64,000 bases of DNA from Chiloscyllium plagiosum (Eukaryota): positions 15,527,335 to 15,591,334 of the forward strand of contig NC_057750.1 of assembly GCF_004010195.1 (NCBI RefSeq), in the 5' to 3' direction. Each line of letters begins with the position of its first letter. Position 1 is the first letter of the stretch. The position numbers and the translations under genes are program-made. The notes below the pieces were generated by a model. It saw only the letters and a program-made list of their open reading frames with translations. It had not been told where the DNA came from and did not search any database. Positions 26,113-38,039 of this stretch are shown here, piece by piece.

Positions 26113-26617
26113 GGGCAGCAGTGGGTGGCACAGTGGTTAGCACTGCTGCCTCACAGCACCAGAGACCTGGGTTCAATTCCTGCCTCGGGCAACTGTCTGT
26201 GTATGCATGGGTTTCCTCCAGGTGCTCCGGTTTCCTCCCACAGTCCAAAAATGTGCAGGTTAGGTGAATTGGCCATGCCAAATTGTCGTAGTATCGAAGG
26301 AGAATTGACGTTTCGGGCATAAGCCCTTCTTCATAAGCCTGCTTGGCACACCCTCCTCATTCCTGATGAAGGGCTTATGCCTGAAACGTCGACTCTCCTT
26401 CTTCTTTGATGCTGCCTGACCTGCTGCGCTTTTCCAGCAACACATTTTTAAGCTCTGATCCCCAGCATCTGCAGTCCTCACTTTCTCCTAAATTGTCGTA
26501 GTGTCAGGTGAAGGGGTAAATGTTGGGGAATGGGTCTGGGTGGGTTGCTCTTCGGAGGGTCAGTGTGGACTTGTTGGGCCGAAGGTCTGTTTCCACACTG
26601 TAAGGAATCTAATCTAA
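26113..26617 (+). mobile_element. tRNA-derived SINE interrupted by a Penelope-derived insert
   Basis: Head at 26113-26190; resumes at 26503 after the insert. Confidence 0.85.
26293..26489 (+). mobile_element. Short Penelope pLTR-derived insert (family B) with hammerhead core
   Basis: 13-bp TSD AAATTGTCGTAGT (26280-26292, 26490-26502); CTGATGA-A-GGGC-TTAT-GCCT-GAAA-CGTC at 26363-26390; partial inverted copy at 26293-26340. Confidence 0.85.
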
Positions 26618-27258
26618 ATAATGGAGCATATTTTTAAGGTGAGAGGAGAAAGGTTTAAAAAAGAGGCAATTTTTTATACATAGAGAGTGGTTTGTGTGTG
26701 GAATGAACTTCCAGAGGAAGTGGTGGATGCAGGTACAGTTACAACATTTAAAAGATTTTGAGGTAAGTACATGTACATGAATAAGAAATGTTTGGAGGGA
26801 TATGGGCAAGGAACAAGTAGGTGGGACTAGTTTACTTTTGGGATTATGGTCAGCATGGGCTGGTTGGACTAAAAGATCTGTTTCCATGCAGTATGACCCT
26901 CTGACTCTGGGATGCATTTGAAGAGGAAAAATAATACATGTCTGTGGGGAATATGTGAGGTGATAGTGGGACTGAAATAGGTCGCACTTACAGAGAGCTG
27001 TCACAGAAATGACAGGTTTTTGCATTGTAAACATTCCACAAGCCACAGCAAAGAAACAGAGATTTTCAGATCAAACTTGATGAGAATGGAATGTGAGAGC
27101 CATAACAGGGGATCTGAGGAGTATGAATGAAGGCAGTGAAGAGGAAAAATGGGCATTGCATGAGAGAGGATGCTGTGCAGATTCACCAGGATATTGCCTG
27201 TGCTGGAATGTTTCAACTATGAAGAGAGACTAGATAGGCTGGGGATGTTTTCCAGAGA

Positions 27259-27495
27259 GGAGAAAGTGAGGTCTGCAGATGCTGGAGATCAAAGTTGAAA
27301 CTTTATTGCTGGAACAGCACAGCAGGTCAGGCAGCATCCAGGGAACAGGAGATTCGACGTTTCGGGCACAGGCCCTTCTTCAGGAAGAAGAAGCCCGAAA
27401 CAGGCCCTTCTTTGGCCTGTGCCCGAAACGTCGAATCTCCTGTTTCCTGGATGCTGCCTGACCTGCTGTGCTGTTCCAGCAATAAAGTTTCAACC
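27259..27495 (-). mobile_element. Palindromic Penelope pLTR-derived insert (family B) inside a CR1 fragment
   Basis: Near-perfect inverted arms of ~80 bp; 14-bp TSD ATGTTTTCCAGAGA (27245-27258, 27496-27509). Confidence 0.9.
27353..27386 (-). ncRNA. Minimal hammerhead ribozyme motif (intact core)
   Basis: Minus strand reads TTC-CTGAAGA-A-GGGC-CTGT-GCCC-GAAA-CGTC-GAA. Confidence 0.7.
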
Positions 27496-27823
27496 ATGTT
27501 TTCCAGAGAATAAAGACTAGAGAAAAGATCTGAGTGAAGGGTACAAAGTTGTGAGATGCATAGATAGAATCCCACCCCGCACCAACAAATAACAAGGGGG
27601 CACGGTTTTAAGGCAAGGAGGTTTAGAGATAATTTGAAGGACTTTTATTCACCCCGAGGGTTGTAGATATTAGGATCTCACTGCCTAAATGAGTGGTAGG
27701 GGCAGGGGCCCTCAAGACACTGAGAAAATATTTAGATGAACACTTTTGAAACACCATAGCAAATGAGGCTACGGGCCAAGTGCTGGAAAATTGGATTCAA
27801 ATAGTTGGATGCTTGTTGACTGG

Positions 27824-27935
27824 GTTGAAAAGTGTGGTGCTGGAAAAGGAGCAGTATGCTTGCCTGACCTGCTGTGCTTTTCCAGCGTCACACTTTTTCG
27901 ACTGATATCCAGCATCTGCAGCCCTCACTTTATTC
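27824..27935 (+). mobile_element. Internally deleted family-B Penelope-derived insert
   Basis: 14-bp TSD TGCTTGTTGACTGG (27810-27823, 27936-27949); short inverted arms; ribozyme region deleted. Confidence 0.75.
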
Positions 27936-28059
27936 TGCTTGTTGACTGGCACAGCCACGATGGGCTGAAGGTCCACTTTCTGAGCTGTGGAAAACTCTTC
28001 ACCGAAAAATATAAGTGCAGTGGGCTGAATGGCCTCTGTCTACCCCATGTACCATTGTA

Positions 28060-28700
28060 CAGGGCACGAAGCGAGTACTGTCGGCGAACTGCTGGTACTT
28101 GAGTGGAGCACCCTCCGCGAATGAGGGTGGGGTGGTAAGGGGAGAGAGAGGGGGTCTAATTATAGTTGTACAACTATTAATTGGCCAAGGGCGTCTCGGC
28201 TTTAAGGCAGTGGCGACGGCCGGGTGCCGCCAGGCGGGGTCTCCATGGAGACGGGAAGCGGGAGAAGCGCCGGCTGCTGGGCGACAGACACGGTGTTGAG
28301 GAGAGGCAGCGCTAGGCCGCAGCCTGGGCTTCGTATTGAGAGGCCGGCTCCGGGGAGGTGGGCGAGTGCTAGGAAGGACCGGCTCTCGCTGCTACTTGAG
28401 GCCGAGGCCCAGGCCTGAGGGGGTCCGGGGGGGGGGGTGGGGAGGAGAGGGCGGAGTCTCTGACTGGGATTTCCCCCCGCCCCCCATCTCTCTGACAGCC
28501 CGAGCCCGGAGCCGAGTGTGGCCGGAGATTGCCGAGCGGGGAGCCGCTCACTCAGCCAGCGATACCGAGGAGCCGGAGCCGGAGCCGGAGCCGAGGCCTC
28601 AGGCCCAGGCCGCGGGAACAGTCACCTCCTCCGGCAGGATGGCGGCAAACATGTACCGGGTCGGAGGTGGGTACCGGGCAGCGCCGGGACTCGGACTCGG
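28060..28700 (+). promoter_or_regulatory. CpG island: promoter and 5' UTR of MTA-family gene
   Basis: Only strongly CpG-rich unique segment in the window. Contains ATTGG (28180), a GC box (28233), palindrome GTCTCCATGGAGAC (28239-28252), G-runs (28419-28454), (GGAGCC)4 (28569-28592) and a YY1-like GGATGGCGGC over the ATG. Confidence 0.85.
28639..28666 (+). CDS. Metastasis-associated protein (MTA1/2/3 family, NuRD subunit), first coding exon; paralog not resolvable
   Basis: ATGGCGGCAAACATGTACCGGGTCGGAG|GTGGGT = MAANMYRVG plus 1 nt. This is the conserved vertebrate MTA N-terminus, with a phase-1 donor where expected (next residue D of DYVYFEN), inside a CpG island. Confidence 0.88.
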
Positions 28701-29200
28701 NNNNNNNNNNNNNNNNNNNNNNNNNNNNNNNNNNNNNNNNNNNNNNNNNNNNNNNNNNNNNNNNNNNNNNNNNNNNNNNNNNNNNNNNNNNNNNNNNNNN
28801 NNNNNNNNNNNNNNNNNNNNNNNNNNNNNNNNNNNNNNNNNNNNNNNNNNNNNNNNNNNNNNNNNNNNNNNNNNNNNNNNNNNNNNNNNNNNNNNNNNNN
28901 NNNNNNNNNNNNNNNNNNNNNNNNNNNNNNNNNNNNNNNNNNNNNNNNNNNNNNNNNNNNNNNNNNNNNNNNNNNNNNNNNNNNNNNNNNNNNNNNNNNN
29001 NNNNNNNNNNNNNNNNNNNNNNNNNNNNNNNNNNNNNNNNNNNNNNNNNNNNNNNNNNNNNNNNNNNNNNNNNNNNNNNNNNNNNNNNNNNNNNNNNNNN
29101 NNNNNNNNNNNNNNNNNNNNNNNNNNNNNNNNNNNNNNNNNNNNNNNNNNNNNNNNNNNNNNNNNNNNNNNNNNNNNNNNNNNNNNNNNNNNNNNNNNNN
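28701..29200. other. Assembly gap (exactly 500 N, probably a fixed-size scaffolding join)
   Basis: Round length, unlike the irregular gaps at 33586-33776 and 47709-47953. Confidence 0.95.
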
Positions 29201-29229
29201 TGCATCTGGTACAAAACGTTCTAGTGTAA

Positions 29230-29934
29230 TATTTTGTAATCTATCTGTTCAGAAATGCTGTGACATGTCTGAGGTAGGTAGAATTTGAAAAACTCTAATT
29301 CCCACTGTCACACAGCTGGTCCTTCTTTTTTCCTCTAAAAGTTGTTGCTTCTCCTCAAGGATGCTGTGTCCTTGATGATTTTTTTTTTCAGATGAGGTTG
29401 TAGAACAGCCCAGGCTCCAGACCGGCTGGGCTGGTATCCAGATGAAAAGGGTATTGGGAGGTTTTTTTTTTGTTTATACATAAACAGCTGAAACTTTAGG
29501 CCACAGCTTTCATGTTTTAGAAGTAACCTGTAAAATGAAGTGGTCAGTCCTGAAAGCTGAATTCTTATTTTTGGTCAGTTCAGTTGCAGCAGGGGATCTG
29601 TGAAACAGGCTGCTGAACACTCTCCTTCTGCCCTTCTGACTTCCAACTCCAAGTCTCTGTTTTGTTTTTACTGTGTTTAATGGGTTTGTTTGGTATTTTT
29701 GAAGCAGTACAATTAAGTCTAATTTGGATAATCTGAGTCCTGTGGGTATTCTATATTCTGCTGTTTGCGTTTCATTCTGTAATTTTGTGATTACATTTTT
29801 TATTTTAAAACCTGATAGTCAACCCGGCTAACTTGAGGAAATTTTCACTGTACACTTACCGAAACAAATAGCAAAGTTACGGTCTGGGCGGCCTGCTTAA
29901 GAATGTTTTGAGTGGTCTGGCCTAGTCCATAACA
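29230..29934 (+). mobile_element. Possible solo LTR remnant
   Basis: Ends in ...tggcctagtccataaca, an LTR-like terminus; 5' boundary uncertain. Confidence 0.3.
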
Positions 29935-31290
29935 CCCCTGCTATTTGGAGGTGTCTGTCATGGCTCAGTTTTAGCACTTCCACGTTTTGGATCTGATGGT
30001 TCAGAGCCCTTGCTGGGATCTTGATTGCAAAATTTAATTAGGCGCTCACTGCTTTACTGAGGATGTGCTGAATTGTTGTTCAGATGAAACACTAAATTGA
30101 GGCTCTGTCTGCCATCCTGTTGTCTGTAGAAGATCGCAAAGCTTTATTTGAAGAACTCGTGGGAGTTCTGTCTTCTGTCCTGGTCAATGCATGTCAATGG
30201 TGATGGGTTGTAACTGCAATCTATTAATCTGGTTCCTGTGAAGAAACTTGCTATTGTCAGTCCTTAAGTTTGCTTTCCATTACACTAGCCTCCAAGACCT
30301 AGTGTGAAGTTTTTAGTCCATTTTAGTTTATGGACAGACTGAAGATGGAAGCAGGCGGATGACATTAAATGTAGATTCTGGATAATGGCACAAAAATAAT
30401 GTTGACACGCCTGAATTGAATTGTCATGTTCCTGTTTTCTCCCAGCAACTGTGTAAAGCTGAGCAAGGTGAGTTTTTTGAATTGCATCCTTCACGTTCCA
30501 AGCAGCCTGTGATGCTCTGATCATGTGCTGTGCCTCTGAAGTCCATTGGGAGATGGGAGTGTAGGCTGCATGCATGTCATGGTTCGGGACTCAAAAGCAC
30601 CTGCTTTACTTGGGGAACACAGGTGATTCAGGAGTCTGACCATTGCAACGTCAACAGTGAGATTACCTGGCACTTGTGGAACTCCATCAGACATTGGCCA
30701 GGAATATTTTATAGATGGTAGGGTTTTTAATCCAAACTGAATGACATTGGCTCTCTCTGATAGAGACTATAAGTCACTGACTGATATATTTAATTTTGGA
30801 AAAATATTAATAGTCTCAGTGTCACACTGGCTGTTGAGGTGCACATTGGACATAATGTTCTCAGTCGCTATATATGTGATGTAGGGATGTTCACACTCTG
30901 CTACATTCTCAGCTGACTACCTGTTAGCTGAGTTTTATATTCCTGAGTGGAAAGCAATGCAATATTTTAATATTTAACAATCTTTGATAGACCAGGTGTG
31001 TACACCCCCATAATTACTGTGGAAACTGTGTGCCATTAGAATTGCTAGGACGTAATTGAATTGGGTACTTTTTTTTTTCCCCTGCTGTGAATCTGTATGA
31101 GCTGAAAGAGTGATTCCATTAGCCAGCGTTTGGCCAGGAGGAGCTAGTGAACCAATGAAACCCCCTTGATATCTTTTGATCACATTTTGTGGGATCTTGC
31201 ATGCTCTCATACCAAGAGGTGTTTTTGTTTAGAAAGTCATTTAGAGTGACGGCCATTATACTTGAACTTTTTTTCCTGTATCTGTTTTAG

Positions 31291-31354
31291 GTTCCTGTGT
31301 TAGTGGCAGACAGTGGCTTTTGCGTGCAAGAAAGTAATGCAGTTGCACATTATG
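31291..31354 (+). CDS. EEF1G-like (eEF1B-gamma GST N-domain) exon, equivalent to EEF1G exon 3
   Basis: tttcctgtatctgttttag|GTTCCT...CATTATG|gtaagt; 64 nt encoding VPVLVADSGFCVQESNAVAHY plus G (cf. EEF1G [21 protein letters not shown]); contains the GST cis-Pro and SNAIL-like motifs. Confidence 0.88.
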
Positions 31355-32852
31355 GTAAGTTTCTCTTTTTTTTTTTTTCCCCCCCCACCTCCTTCTTCTG
31401 ATTTCCCACTGTTCCATTTACATTGAGCCAAGAGTGTAGAACAACTGGGCTATGTTTTTTTTTGTTGTTTCAATAGATTCATCTATTTGCTGCTGTGCTT
31501 GTCTATTTTTTTTTTTCTCTGTTTATAAAGGCATCCTGGTAACTCCACTCAATGACTCTTTGGATTTTCCTGGATTCATTACTGGGTTTTATTGGCTTTC
31601 TGATTTTTGGAGTTCTGATCAAAGTCAAGTCAGTTGTCACCTTTTATTGAACGGTTGTGGAGGCTCTATGGATTATGGATATCGCTGGCCTTGAAAATGT
31701 AGCAGAGCTGCCACTTTGAGCAATTTGTCTCATATTCAGTCAAACATGAAAACAGACTCTCTTCAGTGCAACTTGTCCATGCCAACCACATATCCTACAT
31801 TAATCTGGTCCTGTTTGCCAGCATCTGGCCCATGTCCCCCTCAACCCGACCCAGTCAAATACCTTTTAAATATTGTAACTGTACCAGCCCCTTCCACTTT
31901 CTCTGGCAGCTTGTTTCATATGCACATTGCCCTCTGGGTGAAAAAATTGCCCCTTAGGTCCCTTTTTTAAATCTTTTCCACCCCCCACCTGCAACCTACA
32001 CCCTCCAATTTTTGATTCTTCTACCCTGGGGAAAAACACCTTGACTATTCACCCTATTCATGCACCTCATGATTTTATAAATGTCTAAGGTCACCCCTTA
32101 ATCTCCTGTGCTTCAGGGGAAGGAAGTTCCAGCCTCACTTTGAAACTCAAACCCTCTAGTCTTGACATCCTTGTGAATCTTTTCTGAACACTCCAATTTA
32201 ATATCCTTCGTACAGAGTGACCAGAACTAACTACAGTACACCAAAAGTAGCCTCCCGGGAGGATTCAAGATGGCAGCAATCTAACAAGTCTGCTTTGCTG
32301 AACTCTGCACCACAACTCTGGCAAAGTGGTGCTTTTACCCCCCTCTTATTAGCTGTTTTGGTAAAAATTGGTAGTTTTAAGTTCCTAGAATATTTACATA
32401 TACTCCTTTTTTTATCATTAGAGAAGATGACTAAAGGACTGTGTGGATTGCAACAAACAGGGCACTCCCCTGCAGCAACAGGCACACCTGCTGCCATAGT
32501 GTTGACCTCTGTGGAAGCCCTCCTGGACTTATCTGTTCATTAGAGTCTGGCTTCTGAGTTTGTCAAACCCAGGGAAAGATTGAGTCAGCGATTGGGGGAA
32601 GACCCGGATCAGGCTGGAACTGATCTTGGCCATGCTACAAAAGCATGAGCAGGAGATGCAGCGAGTCGGGCAGCACATGGAGGAGGTTGAGCCATGGTAT
32701 CAGACTGTGGTCAAATCCTCGGTGGGATGCATCCAGGCCTTAGTGGAGCAGGTCAACTACCTCAAATCAAGGTCAGAGGAAGAATACCCATGTTATTGGG
32801 CTGTTGGAGTGGGTAGAAAGCCAGCCAGCTTTTTGGAGCAATGGCTGCCATA

Positions 32853-32990
32853 GTTTAGATTAGATTACTTAGTGTGGAAACAGGCCCTTCGGCCCTACAA
32901 GTTAACACCGACCCGCCGAAGCGCAACCCACCCATACCCCTACGTTTACCCCTTCACCTAACACTGTGGGCAATTTAGCATGGCCAATTT
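32853..32990 (-). mobile_element. Truncated SINE (3' half)
   Basis: (ttaga)n tail plus gtgtggaaacaggcccttcggcc. Confidence 0.8.
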
Positions 32991-34635
32991 GCTAGAACTG
33001 CTTGGGAGGATTTAAACTAGTAAGGTGGAGGGGTGGGACCCAGGGAGATAGTGAGGAAAGAGATCGATCTGAGACGGGTACAGCTGAGAACAGGGAAGTG
33101 AGTCGGGCAGGCAGGGACAAGGTAGGAGTAATAAATTAAACTGCACTTATTTCAATGCAAGGGGCTTAACGGAAGGCAGATGAACTCAGGGCATGGTTAG
33201 GAACATGGGACTGGGATATCATAGCAACTACGGAAACGTGGCTCAGGGATGGGCAGGACTGGCACTTAATGTTCCAGGATACAAATGCTACAGGAAGGCT
33301 AGAAAGGGAGGCAAGAGAGGAGGGGGAGTGGCATTTTTGATAAGGGATAGCATTACAGCTGTGCTGAGGAAGGATATTCCCAGAAATACATCCAGGGAAG
33401 TTATTTGGGTGGAACTGAGAAATAAGAAAGGGATGATCACCTTATTGGGATTGTATTACAGACCCCCTAATAGTCAGAGGAAAATTGAGAAATAAATTTG
33501 GAAGGAGATCTGTAATCTGTAAGAATAAGAGGGTGGTATGTTAGGGGATTTTAACATTCCAAACATAGACTGGGACTGCCATAGTNNNNNNNNNNNNNNN
33601 NNNNNNNNNNNNNNNNNNNNNNNNNNNNNNNNNNNNNNNNNNNNNNNNNNNNNNNNNNNNNNNNNNNNNNNNNNNNNNNNNNNNNNNNNNNNNNNNNNNN
33701 NNNNNNNNNNNNNNNNNNNNNNNNNNNNNNNNNNNNNNNNNNNNNNNNNNNNNNNNNNNNNNNNNNNNNNNNNNNNACAAAAGGGTAACTAGGGAGAGAA
33801 TAGGGCCCCTGAAGAAGGGCTTATGCCCGAAATGTCGATTCTCCTGTTCCTTGGATGCTGCCTGACCTGCTGTGCTTTTCCAGCAACACATTTTCAGCTC
33901 TGATCTCCAGCATCTGCAGCCCTCACTTTCTCTCTAAAGAGAATAGGGCCCCTCAAAGATCAGCAAGGCGGCTTTTGTGTGAAGCCACAGAAAATGGGGG
34001 AGATATTAAATGAGTATTTTGCATCAGTATTTACTGTGGAAAAGCATATGGAAGATATAGACTGTAGGGAAATAGATGGTGACATCTTGCAAAATGTCCA
34101 GATTACAGAGGAGGAAGTGCTGGATGTCTGGAAACGGTTAAAGGTGGATAAATCCCCAGGACCTGATCAGGTGTACCCGAGAACTCTGTGGGAAGCTAGA
34201 GAAATGATTGCTGGGCTTCTTGCTGAGATATTTGTATCATCGATAGTCACAGGTGAGTTGCTGGAAGACTGGAGGTTGACAAACATGGTGCCACTGTTTA
34301 AGAAGGGTGGTAAGGACAAGCCAGGGAACTATAGACCAGCGAGCCTGATCTCTGTGGTGGGCAAGTTGTTGGAGGGAATCCTGAGGGATGGGATGTACAT
34401 GTATTTGGAAAGGTAAGGACTGATTAGGGATAGTCAGCATGGCTTTGTGCGTGGGAAATCATGTCTCACAAACGTGATTGAGTTTTTTTGAAGAAGTAAC
34501 AAAGAAGATTGAGGGCAGAGCAGTCGATGTGATCTATATGGACTTCAATAAGGCGTTTGACAAGGTTCTCCATGGGAGACTGATTAGCAAGGTTAGATCT
34601 TATGGAATACAGGGAGTACTAGCCGTTTGGATACA
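32991..34635 (+). mobile_element. CR1 ORF2 (endonuclease to RT) fragment, nested in L1
   Basis: GGGVAFLIRD...GLYYRPP, GDFNIPNIDW, KSPGPDQVYPR...NYRPASL, VIYMDFNKAFDKV; contains the gap 33586-33776. Confidence 0.9.
33811..33937 (+). mobile_element. Short family-B Penelope pLTR insert starting at the hammerhead core
   Basis: 16-bp TSD AGAGAATAGGGCCCCT (33795-33810, 33938-33953); CTGAAGA-A-GGGC-TTAT-GCCC-GAAA-TGTC at 33809-33836. Confidence 0.85.
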
Positions 34636-37600
34636 GTGTTCATTTCATCTCGACTCTAAAAGCAGGGGAGTGGCTGTACTCGTTCAGAATCTCTCATTTC
34701 AGTTGTTAGATCAAATTTAAGGATGAATATGGGTGGTTTGTTATCCTCCAGCTTTAATATGTAGCGAGGAGTACAGTGTTTATTGCTCCCCAGCACACCC
34801 CCTTAAATTTTTGACAATGTGCTTCCGAGGTTGGTGGCCCTTAGAGCCCACCATACAATTATAAGGGGAGACTTTAATCATCTCGTGGATCCCACAGTGT
34901 CCAGGGTCTCCAGGCATTTCCCTGCAATCTAATCTGGTGGACTTGTCTGGGGAGTTGGGATGGGTGGGTGTATGGAGCTCCTTCTCCTGGTGGTTAGGGG
35001 CTTGACCTTTTTTTTTCTCCAATCTGCGCAAGCGCCACACCAAGGATTGATCTGTTTTTTTTTTTGATTCAGTGCTGCCCTGTAAAATTGGAAACATAGC
35101 CATTTCTGATCATGAGGCAGTGTATTTGGAGGTTAAGGCCCGAGGTAGTGGGGTAGGTTCACGGCATTGATGCCTGGATCCTTTACTCCTGAAGGACCAT
35201 AATCGTAGCGAGTACTTTTTGCAGGAGTTTAAATGTTCTTTGATATCCAGTCAGGTACTGCCAGTAACCCATCTGTCCTCTGGGAGACTGCCGAGGCCTA
35301 TGCAAGGGATATAGTACTCTTATTCAGTTCGTTGGAAATGACCGAGGGGAGAGCAGCAGCCTATGCTTGAGGCCTGGTTGAAAGCAGCCGAGACTATGTA
35401 CTTTGACGGGCTAACTGTGATTAAGTCACAGTGGATCACAGCTCTTCGGGTACAATTCTGTGCTTACTCGGACAGCAAAGTGAAAGATTTTTTTTTGCGA
35501 AATAAAGGCTATTTGAGTATGGTGAAAAGAAAGATTAAAAACTTGCCCTATTTCTCTAGGAAGAAGTGTCCCTAATCTATTAGAGATGGAACTGGTACTC
35601 TCGATTCCAAAAAGAACAATGCAGCATTTAGGAAATTTTACTCCCTGCTGTATTGGCCAGAGGGTTGTGAGGACAGGTTGATGAAGATGGAGTCCTTCAA
35701 GAACCCAGTTATTCCAGATATGACTCCAGAGCAGTTGTCCCTTTTGATGGTGCAAGAAATATAGGAGGCGGTAAGGCACCTGGCCTAGATGGCTTTCTGA
35801 GTGAGTTTTTCCTTAAGGAATTTACGAATATGTTGGCTGGGCCAATGCTGGACATGTACACTTATTTGTACAGTCAGGACTGCCTCCTGTCCTCTTTAAG
35901 AGAAGCTAATATCCCTCCCTTTTTCAAGACGGAAACTCCTGGAGGATGGTGCTTTTCATCCAGGCCCATTTCACTGCTAAACTTGGATTTTAAAATTCTC
36001 CCTAAGACACTCGTGCTGAGGTTGGCGAAGGTGTTGCCCTCTATTGTAAAGGAGAATCAGACTGGTTTTATTCAGGGCCATAGATCCTCTAATAACAGTA
36101 GAGTGCAGAACATGGAGCAGGTGCGCCAGCAGAGGTTGATTCCGGACATTGTCTCACTAGATGTGGAGAAGGCATTTGACTGGGTGGAATAGCCCTATCT
36201 TTTATGTTTTGGAACAGTTTGGTCTTAGTAGGGGTCTTTGGCAGATGGGTCAAAGTGCGATTATAGTGATCCTATGGTGGCAGTCCTTACTATTGGCATA
36301 AGGTCTGAGAATTTCCGTATTGGTCAGGTCAGCCAATAAGGTGGTTGTTCTTCTTTTTTCCCCCTTGCAGCTTTCCTAAGGAATTGGGGACGGGGTGGTA
36401 GACTTTCCAGATTTTAAGTATCAAATAAGCTCCCTAATATCCTTTTGTGAATGATTTGGGCTTGTCAGGATCAGAGATTAATATGGCTGGATGCTGAGGC
36501 CTCCCAGGCAAAATGTCCCCTTATTAATTTATGATTTATGGATAAGATGAGGACAGTCATGGAGTATTGTTGGAACCTAATTGTTATCAATATGATTAAA
36601 GCATGGAGAATGATGTGACATAATGAGGGCAGTTTATAGAAAACCTTTTTTTTTTTCACTCCCATAGTAGGAATGCTAGGATTTTGGCCACGGTTGATGG
36701 ATTCTGGTTTTAGGTTATGGGCGTCCAGGGGAGTCTCTTGTCTGGGAGGCCTATTTGAGGGGGAGGTCATGATTTCTTTTGATCAGTTGAGTTGCAAAAA
36801 TGAATTGCTCATCAGAGACCTTTCTATTTTATTTTTAAGATCAGGAACTTTATCCCAAAAAACACCACATTGTTGGCTGAACCTTGGGTCTGATGTAGAG
36901 AGGACAGTGCTTCAGACTGCAGGGACTCTTTCGATTAGCACCATTTACTGGGGGGGTGGCGCCTTAAAAGATATTGAATGGCTCTGTGGGGTCTGAGCGC
37001 AAGAATTGAGTGGAGATCTCTTCAGAGGTTTGGGAGAGCGTGAGAAAGATCTTGATTTTGTAATAGAATACAGGCTATGCAGCTGAAGGTTCTTCACAGG
37101 GTGTATTTGGCTCCAGAGTAGCTTGCAAAATTTTAAAAAGGGAGCACATCAAATGTACAAAACAGGTATTGGCACTCTTACCTGTTGTGTATGGTCATGT
37201 CACAAGCTTTGCAAGTATTGGGGCCCTATAGCAAATGTCTTGGGGACCGAAGTCAGGGTAGATCTGGTATATCTTCTCTTGGGCCTGCTGGATCTGCTGC
37301 CTTTTTAGATGCGCGTGGGAAGAAGCTGTTTAATATTCTTACTGCATGAGGCAGAACATTGAGTTGGATCTCAAAGCCTTGCAGGCTTATTCGGATGGTG
37401 TAGGTGAGTTAGGGAACATTTCTTCCTCGACTTCCTTACAAGTATGGTGCACCAGAAAATGGATGATTTTTATAAGATGTGGTTGCCTTTTCTGAACTAT
37501 ATAGAAGCAGACTTGTCGGCTATGTTAACTAGGGCCTTTGTTTAGCCACAAGACCTGGATCTGATGGGCCAGGTGCCCAGAGAGGAAGAACCCTGAATAA

Positions 37601-38039
37601 ATATGGGTATGCTAACTGGTCATCCCAATGATGGGGAGCTTTGGTGTTGCACTGAGTGGTGTAAGTTTTAACTTGTTTTGTTTAATTATTTATTGAATTG
37701 TAGTATGGGTAGATTTTTTTCTAAGTAGAATAGTTAGTTTATTATTATTATACACTTTTAACTTTATTACTTATTAAAGAAAAAAAATCTCTCCAGTAAC
37801 TTCCCTAACATCCTGTACGACCTCAACGTGGCATTCCAACTCTTGCACTCGATTGTCTGAGCAATGAAGGCAAGTGTGCTAAATGTTGCCTTAACCACCC
37901 TACCTGTGACGCAATCTTCAAAAAGTTATGTACCTGAACCCCTAGTCCTGCTCTTGCAATTTGGTAAATCGAACAATACCTCTTTTTAATCAAATTTTAA
38001 ACTCCAGCTGCTGCTCCTCAGCCCATTGGCCTACTTAAT

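Larger units (their letters stand above)
32256..37788 (+). mobile_element. Near full-length degenerate L1 (5' UTR, ORF1, ORF2, poly-A), interrupted by a SINE and CR1 at ~32853-34635
   Basis: gaggattcaagatggc start; ORF1 coiled-coil-like LQKHEQEMQR...LVEQVNYL; endonuclease SKSRGVAVL; RT RPISLLNLDFKIL...ENQTGFI...SLDVEKAFDWVE; C-terminus matching 1-750; A-tail at ~37776-37788. Confidence 0.85.

Noticed and set aside
28336..29288. Long ORFs (220-297 aa) around the CpG island, including an in-frame N-terminal extension of MTA (EEPEPEPEP)
   Set aside because: They run through Ns and start at non-ATG codons in GC-rich, stop-poor sequence. Only MAANMYRVG has homology and a proper donor.
29846..29872. 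SLYTYRNK, resembling the TLYTYPEN start of EEF1G exon 2
   Set aside because: Stop codon immediately follows, there is no acceptor AG in place, and it lies in an LTR-like repeat.
30446..30467. 22-nt candidate micro-exon (ttttctcccag|...|gtgagt) between the MTA exon and the GST exon
   Set aside because: It would not restore frame (28+22 nt gives phase 2 against a phase 0 acceptor), has no homology, and adjoins LINE-like decayed sequence.
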